DNA of 63,540 nucleotides, counting the filler, from Octopus bimaculoides (Eukaryota): NCBI RefSeq assembly GCF_001194135.2. It is 4 parts of 4 records of this genome, joined end to end, with 100 filler letters (N's around TTAATTAATTAA, not from the genome) between each part and the next. Parts side by side here need not be neighbours in the genome. Positions count along the whole stretch, not along the records: positions 42,414 to 54,353 come from NC_068990.1; positions 54,454 to 63,540 come from NC_068986.1; 2 more parts are not named here. One strand, 5' to 3'. A program made the position numbers and the translations under genes. Shown here piece after piece: positions 50,226 to 62,677 of the stretch. The notes beneath the pieces are model-generated. The model saw nothing but the letters and a program-made list of their open reading frames with translations, ran no database searches and had not been told where the DNA came from. Position 1 is the first letter of the stretch; each line of letters starts with the position of its first letter.

Positions 50226-51019
50226 GTGTGTGTGTATACATACACACACACATAAGGTGAGTCAAGAATATTCAGGAACTATGGTTGTCTTCAAGGCAAT
50301 CGGTTCATTTGTAAGACAGTCATAGCATGAAAACTGCACGACTGGTATGTCACTCAGTCCAGTCTCAAAATATCTGCCTAATCAGGACACGTTTATAAAA
50401 GATCAATAAGATAAATCCTGAGTGTATGTGTCTGTGTGTGTGTGTAAATCCAGTGTCACATAGTCTTAATCTTCTTTTAAACAACACGATTGCTCTTAGT
50501 ACAGAAATGCCTGGTGTATTACTGGCGCTACGTCGGTTACCACGACAAGGGTTCCATTTGATCCGATCAACAGAAGTCTACTCGTGATATTAACCCATTA
50601 ACTTCCAAATTTTTTATTCATATTTTTTGGGATTTGTAAGGTGTCTTAGGAGTTAGAATAATATCTAGTATTTAAATTTTCTTCATATGTGAAGTATTTT
50701 GGAAATTATGATAAATTTTTCGAAAAGTCCCAAATGAGCATCTCTACCTATTATCGGATTTTGTTAGGGCCCCATATGGTAAAGATGTGGATGGGGAAAA
50801 TGTGGGTAGAAGGTGATGTGCGAGCAGCCCTCACCCCTTGCTGTATTACAAAGTAAACAACAACACAAATAACAACGCAGAGGCAGCCATGGTTGGAACA
50901 AGAACAAGAACAAGAAGCATTCTTAAAAGAGAAAAGAAGCATGGTCATTCCTTACCCAAGTGGCCTTATCTTATCACCCATCACTTGTTATGCGCTCATA
51001 AATTAGTTTGATAGTTGAA

Positions 51020-51110
51020 CTCTGATTGGCTGTATGCAAATGATTCATAAGCGGGGTCCGGAACTCTCGCGGGAAAAAAAAATTTCGCGAGACGGACAGG
51101 ATTTAAACCC
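51020..51110. promoter_or_regulatory. Motif cluster: inverted CCAAT, octamer and two E2F-like sites
   Basis: ATTGG at 51025-51029, ATGCAAAT at 51034-51041, GCGGGAAA at 51069-51076, TTTCGCGA at 51083-51090 and GATTTAAA at ~51100. Confidence 0.4.
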
Positions 51111-52069
51111 GTAACATAAAGTAGCCGCAAAGTATTTTGTGAGATGCTCAAGCCAACTGACCGCTATTTCACGATGAAGAATTGCCCTCTTTGTTATTCA
51201 TTTGTATTTTCCTTTTCAATATTGTTACGTATTTCGATGGCTCTACCAATATTCCCGGCTCACCGTTTTACCATCGTGATGAAACAACGCAGTCTCTTTA
51301 TTCTTTGTATTTTCTTGTGCATTCTGCTACGTATTTCGTTGATTAAGGTCACAACAGCATTAGATTATGGATTTATTAATCTCATTATAAAAGGAACGCT
51401 ATAATTATCGAAGAAGTATTAAATCGTTAAGCATTCACTTTTAAGCTGTTGTTTTATGCAACAAATCTGGGGATGATTTCATTCATACTTAATTTATAAA
51501 ATATAATTATATCAAAACTGATAATGTACAATGATAAAAATTGCCATCAATTTTTTAAAAAAGAAACACCGGTTTACAATCAACAACATTGTTTTAAGAT
51601 CATGTTGTTAAAGCAATTGACCAACCGCGATGGCTGTATTACGTGGTTGTCGACGACTGTGGAAAAAAAAACTGTCTCAACGAAATACGATCTATCTTTA
51701 TGAAATGTTTGAATAAAGCATGTTGTTCCTTTAATTCAAAACAATTTTATAGCAGCTGAAAACCTTTCATAAAACCAGATGGAAGCGATTTATCGGCTTC
51801 ACAACAACGTGGCTTAAATTTGAATGTAAAAAGAGTGAAAATGTCACTGCGACTCTGACCAAAATAGGAATTATTTTACTCTTTTTTTTTTGTGATGCAG
51901 AATCAAATATTGCTGCACAACCAACATGTGCCAAAAATCGGTGATAATTATCGTTGTTATTGGCAACACTGAATTGTTTCTGCGGTATTAGTCAAATAAA
52001 GAGAAAAAACAATGAGAAAGAAGAACTTCACCACTATGTGGGTACAAAAACACGATTTATAAGTTTGAA

Positions 52070-52290
52070 ATAACCTTTTTACTATAGGCACGAGGCTTGA
52101 AAATTAGGAAAAATTAGAGAATAGTCAATTTCAGCAACCCCAGTGTCTTACTGGTACATAATTTATCGATCCCGAAAAAATGAAAGGTAAAGTCGACCTA
52201 GGCGGAATTTGAGCTCAGAACGTAGCGACAGGTGAAATACCGCGAAGCGTTTCGTCCAGTGTGCTAACGATTCTGCCAACTCGCAGCCTT
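52070..52290 (-). mobile_element. SINE family B
   Basis: AAAGTCGACCTAGGCGGAATTTGAGCTCAGAACGTAGCGACAG...GTGCTAACGATTCTGCCAACTCGC. Confidence 0.85.
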
Positions 52291-52404
52291 ACGTAAGCCC
52301 TTCCGTTTGTCGCTGTGGACCCCTAGGGTTGCTGGCGTCCTGGGCAAGCTAAACTTCAGCGTGTACAAGCTGATGGTCTTGGAAATTTCCTTGTTTGTCG
52401 CGCC

Positions 52405-52475
52405 CTCCTTGGCGCCCTCTAGCACTTGGTGCCCCGGGCGACTGCCCGAGTTGCCGGTACCTTGCGCCGGCCCTG
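52405..52475. mobile_element. Terminus of a CAGGGCCGGC-type non-autonomous DNA transposon
   Basis: GC-rich GGCGCCCTCT...GGCGACTGCCCGAGTTGCC...GCGCCGGCCCTG. The other end was not found. Confidence 0.35.
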
Positions 52476-52647
52476 GTCAGTCGTATGCCAGACCACAGCA
52501 GCCCCTCCATGGCGAATTCTGTCAAGTAAAGAGTTCTTTTAGTAGGGAATAAAAGCGGGTCATGGGCAGTCTAAAAACCTTCGAAAGGCTTCAATACTGT
52601 GGTTGACTAATGGAAGCTGTTTATTCAAACCTAACCAACAGGAGTAA

Positions 52648-53040
52648 GCGCAGGAGTGATGAGTGTTAAGAAGTTCGCTTCCCAACCACATGGTTCCAGG
52701 TTCAGTCCCGCTGCTTGGCACCTTGGATAAATGTCTTCTACTATAGTCCCGGACCAACCAAAGCCTTGAGAGTGGATTTGAAAGACGAAAACTGAAAGAA
52801 GCCCGTCGTATATATTGCTGTGTATGTGTCTGTATTTGTGTGTGTCCCCTACCATGTTTGACAACCGATATGGATTTGTTCATGTCCCCGTAACTTAGCA
52901 GTTAGGCAAGAGAGACCGATAGAATAACTACCAGGCTTAAAAAATAAGTCCTGGGGTCGATTTGATCGACTAAACTCATCAAGGCGGTGTTCTAGCATGG
53001 CCGCAGTTCAATGATTAGAACAATCAAAAGATAAAAGATA
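52648..53040 (+). mobile_element. SINE family A, full length with a short internal microsatellite
   Basis: CTTCCCAACCACATGGTTCCAGGTTCAGTCCC...CACCTTGGATAAATG...GCATGGCCGCAG...(AAAAGAT)n. Confidence 0.9.
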
Positions 53041-53279
53041 GAATTGAACGGTAAAAGATATATAAACGACCAAAGTCATTTTGTTCGGCACCATTCCATT
53101 CTTTGAGGTGTACCATAGAACATTGTTACGTCTTTACCTTTCTTACGACGGCAGGCTGTTATTTGAGGGTGGTTTGGTTGCTACTTCTAGCATGTAGAAT
53201 GACACAGAAGTTCCCTATTTGGTTTGCAAATGGGCGAGTGTATCAGAAGGACATCCTCAGATATCTTTATGCTGACAAC

Positions 53280-53455
53280 ATTGTCGTCGTCGTCGCTGTC
53301 ATCATCATCAACGTCATCGTTGGCATCATCATCATCATCATCATCAGTAGTATCAGCAGCAGCAGCAGCAGCAATATCACAATACCACCGCCATCACCAC
53401 CACCACCACCACCACCACCACCACCACCACCATCAACAACAGCAACAACAATAAC
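53280..53455. repeat. Compound trinucleotide tract (CGT/CAT/CAG/CAC/CAA)
   Basis: Direct read. Confidence 0.95.
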
Positions 53456-54655
53456 AATTTGTAGGTGTTCCTATGTAGGTCATTGTAACATTACACGTGA
53501 TCTTCCATGGCAGTCAGTTCACCCTTGTCCTTTTACTGATCAAGTCGACCTTTTAAATATCCGAAGGTCAACACAGATATTTTTTAACGAATAATTCAAA
53601 TATTTTTTTTTTTAATGAGAGAAAATTATTTTAATTCTGTCAAAAAAAACCAAAAAACTATAGAAAATCTGTTTTAAATATAAAAAAAAAAATAAGAAAA
53701 TTGTGAAAACTTAACCGCTGACCGCATATAATCGTATAAGAATTGCCAAAAATATATGTATGATAGGTCAAGTGTCATGTGAATGAATGATATGTTAACC
53801 GCTTCTCTGCCATACATATACACCCACTTAATTTGCCTGGAAGTCACGTAAAACAGGTCGTTTAAGGACATGAGTGATATTATAAAAGCTATTTAATTAT
53901 ACTTATTTTTGTTAGTCTTGTATTAACGGACAGTGTCATCGACTGAGAGAGCGAAGGAGAAAGAGGACAGGGTGAGCGAAAGAAAGAGAATGAAAAGAGA
54001 ATGAGAAAGTAAATGAGTGAATGAGCAGTAAGAGAGTGGTGGTATATATTAGACCACATTACGTAACAGTCTATGCGTATATATATATATATGAATGTGT
54101 GTATATGTATCTACACACACATGCACGCACGCGCACACACACACGCACACATACACGCACACACACACACAATCCTACCACAGAAATCTTCAGGAAAAGA
54201 AAATAACGAAAGAAATAAAAATCAGATGAGTGGAAGCTGAAGAGGGAATATTTATGTGTGTGTGTGTATTATGTGTATATATATATATAGATATTATGTA
54301 TGTATGCATATATATATATATATATGTATGTATATATGTAGGTATTTTGTATANNNNNNNNNNNNNNNNNNNNNNNNNNNNNNNNNNNNNNNNNNNNTTA
54401 ATTAATTAANNNNNNNNNNNNNNNNNNNNNNNNNNNNNNNNNNNNNNNNNNNNTATTATTATTATTCTTCTTCTTCTTCTTATTTGTTAGGTAGATTGAT
54501 TTCTTGTTTGTATTTGTCAGCTTCCTTAATTACTGAAAACAGTTTTTTGTTTTGCTCGTGTTTTGTGGCTATTTGTATTAGTTTTCCTTGCTTCTGGAGT
54601 AGGTATTTTTGCAGTCCTATGGTGGTTATTTTATAATAGTATTATTATTATTAAT

Positions 54656-54862
54656 GCGGTGAGCTAGCAGAATCGTTAGCATGCTGGTATGAGCGGTATT
54701 TCGTCTGTCGCTACGTTCTGAGTTCAAATTCCGCCGAGGTCGACTTTGCCTTTTATCCTTTCGGGGTCGATTAAATAAGTACCTGTTACGCGCTGAGGTG
54801 GATGTAATTGACCTTATCCCTTCCCCCAAATTCCAGGCTTTGTGCCTACGATAGAAAGGATT
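54656..54862 (+). mobile_element. SINE family B, tail type 1
   Basis: GCGGTGAGCTAGCAGAATCGTTAGC...GAGTTCAAATTCCGCCGAGGTCGAC...GCTTTGTGCCTACGATAGAAAGG. Confidence 0.9.
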
Positions 54863-55534
54863 ATTATTATTATTATTATTTGAAGAAACATAACAATGAA
54901 AAAAATTATAACCTGCAACTAGCAGATACATTTGTCCAATTTCAGGCAAAGTCAAAATCATCATTGTCTCCATTGTGACTTCATAGCAATTCCCATACCT
55001 GGACTCAAACTGCATTCACGCATCCACTGCAAATAGATGCAGGTTTTTTATAATAAATAAAAAAAAAAATCCTTTCCTTCAAACACTCAAGGCGGAGTAA
55101 ACGTTTGAATATTAAGTAAACAAAATGACATCGAAATGTTTGAAATGTGGCTACTAAGAACGACACTGTACCAACAAGCATCAGCGCTTTGGGGGATAAT
55201 ATAAAATGGTGCTCATAAAAACTATGATCAAATACCAGGAAATGCAGTTATTGTTGTGAATCTTCGTTTCTTTTTAAAATTTATTATTTAATTCTTCATT
55301 TAAGACGGAAGACTATATCCCTGAACTTTTAAACACTCTCTGAAACTGGTAAACCGGGAAAAGTTATATTCAATCCGGAGACTTAGTCCAACTAATTGTA
55401 GCAGAATGAACTCCGTTAAAGGGACCTACAGGGCTAGGTGCGGTGTTAAACCGGCCAACAGTTTAAGTCTATCATCCAAATAAATTGGTGTATATTTTTC
55501 TCGGTTAAAAAAAATGTCCATGGAAAAAATATCC

Positions 55535-55696
55535 ATGTGTGGTAAGAAGTTTGCTTCCCAACCACATGGTTCCGGATTCCGTCCCATTGCGTGGCACCTT
55601 GGGCAAATGCCTTCTACTATAACCCTACGCCGATCAAAGCCTTGTGAGTGAATTTCGTAGACGGAAATTGAAAGAAGCCCATCACACACACACACA

Positions 55697-55786
<90 letters not shown>

Positions 55787-56046
55787 CACACATTATGTAT
55801 GTATATGCTTGTGTGTGTGTGTGTGTGTCTTTGTGTTTGTGTTTGTCCCCCATCACCGCTTCACAACCGCTGTTGGTTTGTTTACGCCCCTGTAATCTAG
55901 CGATTCGGCAAAATGAGACGATAGAATAAGTACCAGGCTTTAAAAGAAATAAATTACCGGTGTCGATTTATTTGACTGAACCCTTCAAGGCAGTGTTCCA
56001 GCATGGCCGCAATCGAATGACTGAAACAAGTAAAAGATAAAAGATA
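55535..56046 (+). mobile_element. SINE family A with an expanded internal (CA)n then (GT)n
   Basis: CACCTTGGGCAAATG body, (CA)n at ~55682-55790, (GT)n at ~55810-55845 and a canonical 3' end. Confidence 0.9.
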
Positions 56047-56278
56047 GATCATAAAAAAATAATACAGTTTTCATCCCCATCTCATCTAGATTTGCTAATA
56101 ATTTTATTCTGACGAAATGATGAAGTGATTCCGGTATAAACAATTTCTTCTCATGGCTGTCACTGAAAATCTCATGTGTCTCTCAGCCAGCTTGATGTCT
56201 ATGTACAATTTATTGTAACCCGTTCAAACTGAGCAGCAGTATCTTGCCGTTGTGACAATAGTAGACTACGATAGAAAG

Positions 56279-56347
56279 GACAGCTTGGGTAGAATACAAT
56301 TGACAGCTTGGTTAGAATACATTGGACACCTTTGGTAGAATACGTTA
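56279..56347. repeat. 3 x 23-bp tandem repeat GACA(G/C)CTT(G/T)G(G/T)TAGAATAC...
   Basis: Direct read. Confidence 0.9.
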
Positions 56348-56580
56348 ATGTGCCTTTAGTTTTCAGAGAAATATCAGTCTGAAACGATCTTGAAGTCTGT
56401 ATTCTACTGTTTCGTGTAAAGTCACCCAAATGCTAATAAACTATTAAATCTATCTATCTATCTATCTATCTATCTATGCTAGTATATATACATACACTCA
56501 CAAATCCATACACATACAAATTACATGTACACAAATGCATAGACACACAAATACATGGTCAAGCACACGTGCACCAATAC

Positions 56581-56682
<102 letters not shown>

Positions 56683-58525
56683 CCTGTATTCGCAACAGTA
56701 GTGATAAATTTCTTTTCAATTTAGTTACTCGATGACGGTTCGGTTCGTTCATTCTCTACAGTTCAATCATCACTAATGCAAGAATTCTAACCAAACTTCC
56801 CATTCTATCTCTTTTTCGGATATTGAGCTATCGATATTTATTTAGGCTTAGCATCATCCACATTAATTCCCCCAGTCAGAGACAAGGAAAGCCATGGGTC
56901 GTGCCCTCTATTGCTCTATTCTAAAAAATAAAAGTTCAAAGCATCGCTCGTCTGATTTTAACAATGCTACCGTTGCTTACAACGGTGAATACATAGCAAT
57001 ATGCTGATATACACTTCGGTGTGAGATGATCATACATAGATGCATTACACTGACTGATCTAAACCAAATACCTCAAATGAAAATTTAACCGGCATGCAAT
57101 GCAAACGAAGTCAAAGCACACATCACTCATTTTATATAGTTGTCCAGTGAGACAAAGTAAACAAATGAAAACTTTAAAATAAAATGCAGTAAAACAAATA
57201 TTTAAGCCAGAGTCATTCAGTGATGTTAATTTGAGGTTCTGTAATTTATTTGCTCTTTTAATTACAACTCACCAAAGAATTTCTTTAATAGTATCTAACC
57301 AGGCAAGCAATAACATTTAAAAATTTTATTTTTGTAATAAAAACGGTCCCTATTGACTAAGAGGGTACTTAAAAAGAAAAAAATCAAACACGAGAAAGTA
57401 TAAATTCTTTAAAAGTTTGTCTTCAATAACTAATGATAAAGAACATCGAATTAAAACTGAATAAATATAAACCTATAGAAAGAAATTTAAGTTTGCTATA
57501 ATCAAAATGAATGAAAAATAAACACAGACAAACAAGTGTGGTTAAATGATTTTTCTTAAATCTATTGAGAGACACTGCTGAAACTTAAAATACAGCATCG
57601 AAGTTGCTTGAAGAGGACTATCAAGAGAATTTTTGTTTCTTTAAAAATATCATTACTTAAGATTGATATCGACGGAGGAAATATAAATTGCAAAGCAACA
57701 GATTATGAGCTTAGCAATATTTAGTTACGAGTACATTCTTTTACAAATATAACTCAAGCCAAAATTTGTATTTTACTCGGGATTGATGAAATAAGTATTA
57801 CTTAACCAAGTTTACGGTTCTTGTACACATGGCTTTATTCTAGCATCTTTTATTTTTCTCCGCCCTTTTAAAGACTAGCCAGGCTCATGGGCCCGGTTTC
57901 CCGGTTTCCCGCACCACTGGGCCATTGCGCCTCCACTTATTCTAACATAAGAACACAATAAACATTTCTAACGTTGGCACAAGGAACACATTTGCGTGTA
58001 TAGTTGTGTGTGTGTAGGTGTTTGTGTGTGTGTGTGTGTGTGCTTGTGTGTGTGTGTTTGTACGCGCGCATGTGGACAGTGTAGTTGATTATATCATACC
58101 CAACACTTCATCTACTCTTTATGTTATCGATTCCGTAAAAGACGATGCCCAAAGTTGGATCTAAGTTTAGAACACAAAATTATGTAACTAAAAACTCCAA
58201 AACAATTTTTACCCATCATTCCATCGATTTTTCCAGTTCACTACTCGCGTACGAAATTTTAATAACGATGGTTCTGTAGCGGTTTCTTTAACAATTGAAC
58301 TTCATTTCTATGAGATAAACTATTTTGCCCGAGATAAAAATGTAATATATCATATAATGTTGTATATTCGTAGTTTACCAGATTCAGTTGATTGTCTTTT
58401 ATACACAATCTTTCAGTAAAACGGAACATGATGGCTTTCTTTCTAAGGGAGATAATCTATCACGCAAGCATTTGGAAAACTAAAAATGATGCAAATATTA
58501 TTTTATTATTTATTTATTGACGGGA

Positions 58526-59100
58526 AAGGGCGATCTAGCAGATTCGTTAGCACGCCGGGTAGTATGTTTTGCAGCATTTCGTCCGTCTCTATGTTCCAAG
58601 TTGAAATGTCATCAAGGCCGATTTTCCTTTTCTTCCTCTAAGTACCAGCTGTGTGCTAGAGTCCATGTAATCGACTTGGACTCCTCTCCCAAAATTTCAG
58701 GCTTTGTGCCTATAATAGAAAGTATTATTTATTTATTGAAGGAAGGCAGTAAGTTGGCAGAATCATTAGCGAGCTGGACGAAATTAGTAGCAGCATTTCT
58801 TCTGGTTCACTATGTCCTGAGTTCAAATTCTGGCACAGTCAACTATGGCTTTCATCCCTTCGGAGCTTATAAAAATACGTTGAGTACAGGGGTCGATATA
58901 ATAGGCTTTAAACCTCCCCTAAAATTGCTGGCCTTGTGCAAAATTTGAAACTATTACTTATTTATTGAAGAATAAATCGACAGAAACCCTTGAGCGTCGG
59001 GCAAAAAGCCATGCGCTGTTTCTTTCGACATTTTACGCTCTGGGTTCAATTCCTGTCGAAGTCAACTTTATCTTTTCTGGATCGATAAAGAAGAATTACT
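58526..59100 (+). mobile_element. Three head-to-tail degenerate SINE family B copies (58526-58725, 58743-58951, ~58968-59100)
   Basis: Each follows ATTTATTGA and has the A/B-box head. Tails are types 1 and 2. Confidence 0.7.
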
Positions 59101-59202
59101 TATCACATACTATAGTCGAGGAAACTGACCATCACTTAACCATCAAAAGCTGCTGGACTTATTCTTGAATTGGAAACATTTATTTATTTATTGAAATCAA
59201 TA

Positions 59203-59422
59203 GGTTCTTTTCTACTCTAGGCACAAGGCCCGAAATTTTCGAGGAGGGGCCCAGTCGATTAGATTGACCCCAGTATGCAACTGGTACTTAATTTATCAAC
59301 CCCGAAAGGATGAAAGGTAAAGCCGACCTTAGCGGAACTTGAACTCAGAACGTAAAGAAAGACAGACGAAATACTGCTAAGCATTTCCCCCGGTGTGCTA
59401 ACGTTTCTGCCAGCTCGCCGCC
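59203..59422 (-). mobile_element. Young SINE family B copy with a perfect 12-bp TSD
   Basis: TTGAAATCAATA at 59191-59202 and 59423-59434. Confidence 0.9.
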
Positions 59423-59449
59423 TTGAAATCAATATATTTTGTACAACTT

Positions 59450-59575
59450 AAGGCGGTCATATGGCCGAATCGTTAGCACGTCGGGAGAAAAACTACTTAG
59501 CGGCATTTCGACTGTCTTCTCGTTCTGAGTTCAAATTCCGCAAAGTGCTGGCCTTGTGCCAAAATTTGAAATAAA
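59450..59575 (+). mobile_element. Internally deleted SINE family B copy (head joined to a type-2 tail)
   Basis: ...GAGTTCAAATTCCGC|AAAGTGCTGGCCTTGTGCCAAAATTTGAAA. Confidence 0.8.
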
Positions 59576-59999
59576 AACATTCTTTGCAACATGAATGATA
59601 ATCACACAGTGAAAGAAACTAAAAGTAGACTAAACAGAAGGGTTTAGTAAGGCAGTATTTCAAATACTTTATAATTGAAACGCTAATAGTCATATGGATC
59701 ACATGGTATTCTAAACGCAAAGAAACATTAGCCAAAAAGGGCGGAAACTTAAGATTATAGATTATATGAACAGTTCATCTAAGAAATCTGAAACTGCGAT
59801 TGAATCTAAAAAAAAAACATGAATTTAGATAAGTAATTTTTAACGCATCATGTATTCCTTGATTAAAACCCTCTTGAATATGTCGTCATAAATTATATAC
59901 CAAATGTTTATGTTCTAATAAATCATACAAAATGTTGCAAAGAAAGAGAAATGATATCAGTATAATGGCGTTTTTTACAGCTCAACCTGAAAATATACT

Positions 60000-60712
60000 C
60001 CTGTTAAAGAGCCTTTAAGGTGATCTCTATGTGGTCGTTCGATATGCTAGAAATAACAGTCAAGTCTCTTTCAAGACACCTAGTACTTAATCTTGAAGTA
60101 ACACATAAGTGTTACTTAATACGCAGTCCTGTATTAAGAACATAGGATACAATGGAAAACGTTCTAGATAAACTCTCAAAAGATAGGATGACCACAACTA
60201 GAATACCTCAGATATACAAAGCAACACTACTCCGTGAATGTTGAGATAGGAGTTAAACAACAACAGCAACAGCAGCAATAGCAGCAGCAGCAGCAACAAC
60301 AACAACACTTCTATTAACACTCATTGATATGTGTGCTCGATGGATATTAAACACTACATTGAAGTATTCCCACTTCCTTATAAACAAGCAAATGAAAGCT
60401 CATTAAAATATTTCATATGAAGAATCTGCAACCAGTCGACATTATCTTAATTAGTCAACTGGCTAATAAGAAGCGAATGAAAACAACTTAATAATTAGAT
60501 TCTTCTACAGCCATTAAGCTGGGAGCCATTGCCTGGTTGAAAATCTCTTTCAAATCACGCCCTCCATTCTTAAGGAAAGACATACTAGATAAAGTGACCT
60601 GTGATATTCTATACTTCAATAAATAAATAAAGATGAGTCGGTCATTACTAGAATGTCTTTAATCATAGGCTTCCTCGATCACAGATAACTTTGGAGCCAA
60701 ACATCTAGAAAT
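60000..60712 (+). mobile_element. Two degenerate repeat family C copies (60000-60306 with (CAA/CAG)n tail; 60530-60712)
   Basis: GCTAGAAATAACAGTCAAGTCTCTTTCAAG and AAATCTCTTTCAAATCACGCCC...CTAGAATGTCTTTAATCATAGG, the reverse of 48676-48930. Confidence 0.45.
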
Positions 60713-61001
60713 ATTTGATAACCTGTAACTACAAACGATAATATTTTAACAGGTATCAAATACATTTATGAAATTCAAAGCTAACTGAAGCCTTAAAGTA
60801 TTAACTCTCTGCCTTCGGATGAAAATTAAAGAGTAGGCTGTTTGAACGATGTCAACGTGCTCATGTTACAAATATTTATCATAGAACAAGCATTCTCAAT
60901 GTAGCGGTATATATATTACTACAGAATGGTGCTGTTTCGTGAGGTAAACAACAAAACATTATTTTTCCGTAATACTAGACTACTCATGAATAGGTTATAT
61001 A

Positions 61002-62268
61002 TTAGGTCATTCCATAAATAATGTCGTATGTTAATACTTCGTGTATTTTTCAAAACTAAAATAAAGAAAATTTTTTTTTATCTAAAATATACACTCCTTC
61101 ATTTTCTACAACGCTCTTCCACCTATCTGGTAGATTTGCAAGGTCCCTCTTCCAAAATTCACTTGTCCGTCACGAAGAACACTTCTCCAGTATTGTTCTG
61201 ACCTCGTCTACAGGATTCATATTTTCTCCGTCCAAATGATTTTGAAGACTGCAGCAGAAATGATAATCAAATGGGGCAATGTCCGACGAATATGGTGGGT
61301 GAGCATCATTTCCCATTCAAACTGCTCCAGGCTTTCAAATATCATCCTCGCAGTATGTGGCCGAGCATTATTCTGATGGAAGAACACCTTTCGTCTTGAA
61401 ACCAAAGATGGTCGCTTCTAGCGTTGATTTAAGCCACTCAAGCTGCTCGCAATAGATCTCCTTTGTTATCGTTTGGATTGGGTTTAAAAGTTCAAAGTGG
61501 ACTAAACCTTTCATATCCCACCAAATAGATAACAGCACCTTACATGACTGAAGACCATTTTTAGCCTGGGGTGCTGTGTTTCTTCTTTCCCTACCTACTG
61601 CTTTCGGCGTTTGACTTTTTTTTTTATAGAGAACCCATTTCTTGTCACAAGTCATTGTTCAGTCCCCAAAAGGTTAATTCGTGAGACGTGACCGCAAAGA
61701 AGAGCACTCTTTGCGCGCGATTAGATTCGGAAAGTTTGTGAGAAACCCATCGATCCAATTTGCTGACTTTTCTGATGGCACGTAGATGTCGATGAATGGT
61801 TGAATGACCAAATCCAAGCTTCTCTGCTAGTTCCTCAACAGTTACGATGGAATTTTGTTCCACCAGGGTTTGCAGGACGTCCTCGTCGAGCTCTACAGAT
61901 CTTCCAGGATGAGGCTCGTCTTCTAGGCTGTAGTTTCCGGCTCGGAATTTCTGGAACCGCCCTTGACATTGGCTTACGCTTATTGTCCGATTTTCATATA
62001 CTGCATTAATATTCCTCGCACTTTCTGTTGCGTTGTTGCCTTTATTGAATTCATACGGCAAAATATGCTGAAAACCCTCCTTTGTCACTTCCATTATAGC
62101 ATTGAAAAAATAACTGTTAAAATCGAACTGCACTCTTCAAAACTTGCAGTAAGAATAGGTAAAAATCATTACCTGCTCTAATAGGAGGTTGATGCAGGTA
62201 GTTTATCTCGTCCCCCTCCGACTTTTAGTTCATGCAATAGAAAAAACTGCATTTATGAGACGACCTAA
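61002..62268 (-). mobile_element. Full-length (1267 bp) non-functional mariner (D,D34D) element
   Basis: TIRs TTAGGTCATTCCATAAAT (left, TA at 61000-61001) and ATTTATGAGACGACCTAA (right). The transposase starts at the ATG at 62094: HTH, LEDEPHPGR, RWVSHKL (WVPHxL), TCDKKW, HQNNARPH (D to N), HPPYSSDIAPFDYH. It has several frameshifts. Confidence 0.95.
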
Positions 62269-62595
62269 TCAGTTTAGTGAAATATTTTCCTGTAGGTATG
62301 AACAAAGTAGTAGTATGCATCAATTCGATTGTCTATTCGTTTGTATCAGATTTTGATGATGTATTCTATGGCACTGCAACGACTCAAAAGTTAAAAGGAC
62401 ATGAAAATTATTTATATTCCATTCCGCTAAGAGACATTTAAAAATTGATTTAGTATGGAATTTAAAATGTTTTCCTCACTCACCATGAACTTAGGAAAAA
62501 TGTGCGTGCGTGTATATATATATATACATATGTGTGTGTGTGTGTGTGTATTTATTCATATACATATGTATGTATATATATATATATATATATAC

Positions 62596-62677
<82 letters not shown>

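Noticed and set aside
54656-54735. tRNA genes at SINE heads
   Set aside because: A/B boxes are present, but no cloverleaf forms and each continues into a SINE body.
56279-56347. CRISPR-like array
   Set aside because: The repeats are directly adjacent with no spacers, the DNA is eukaryotic and no cas genes are present.
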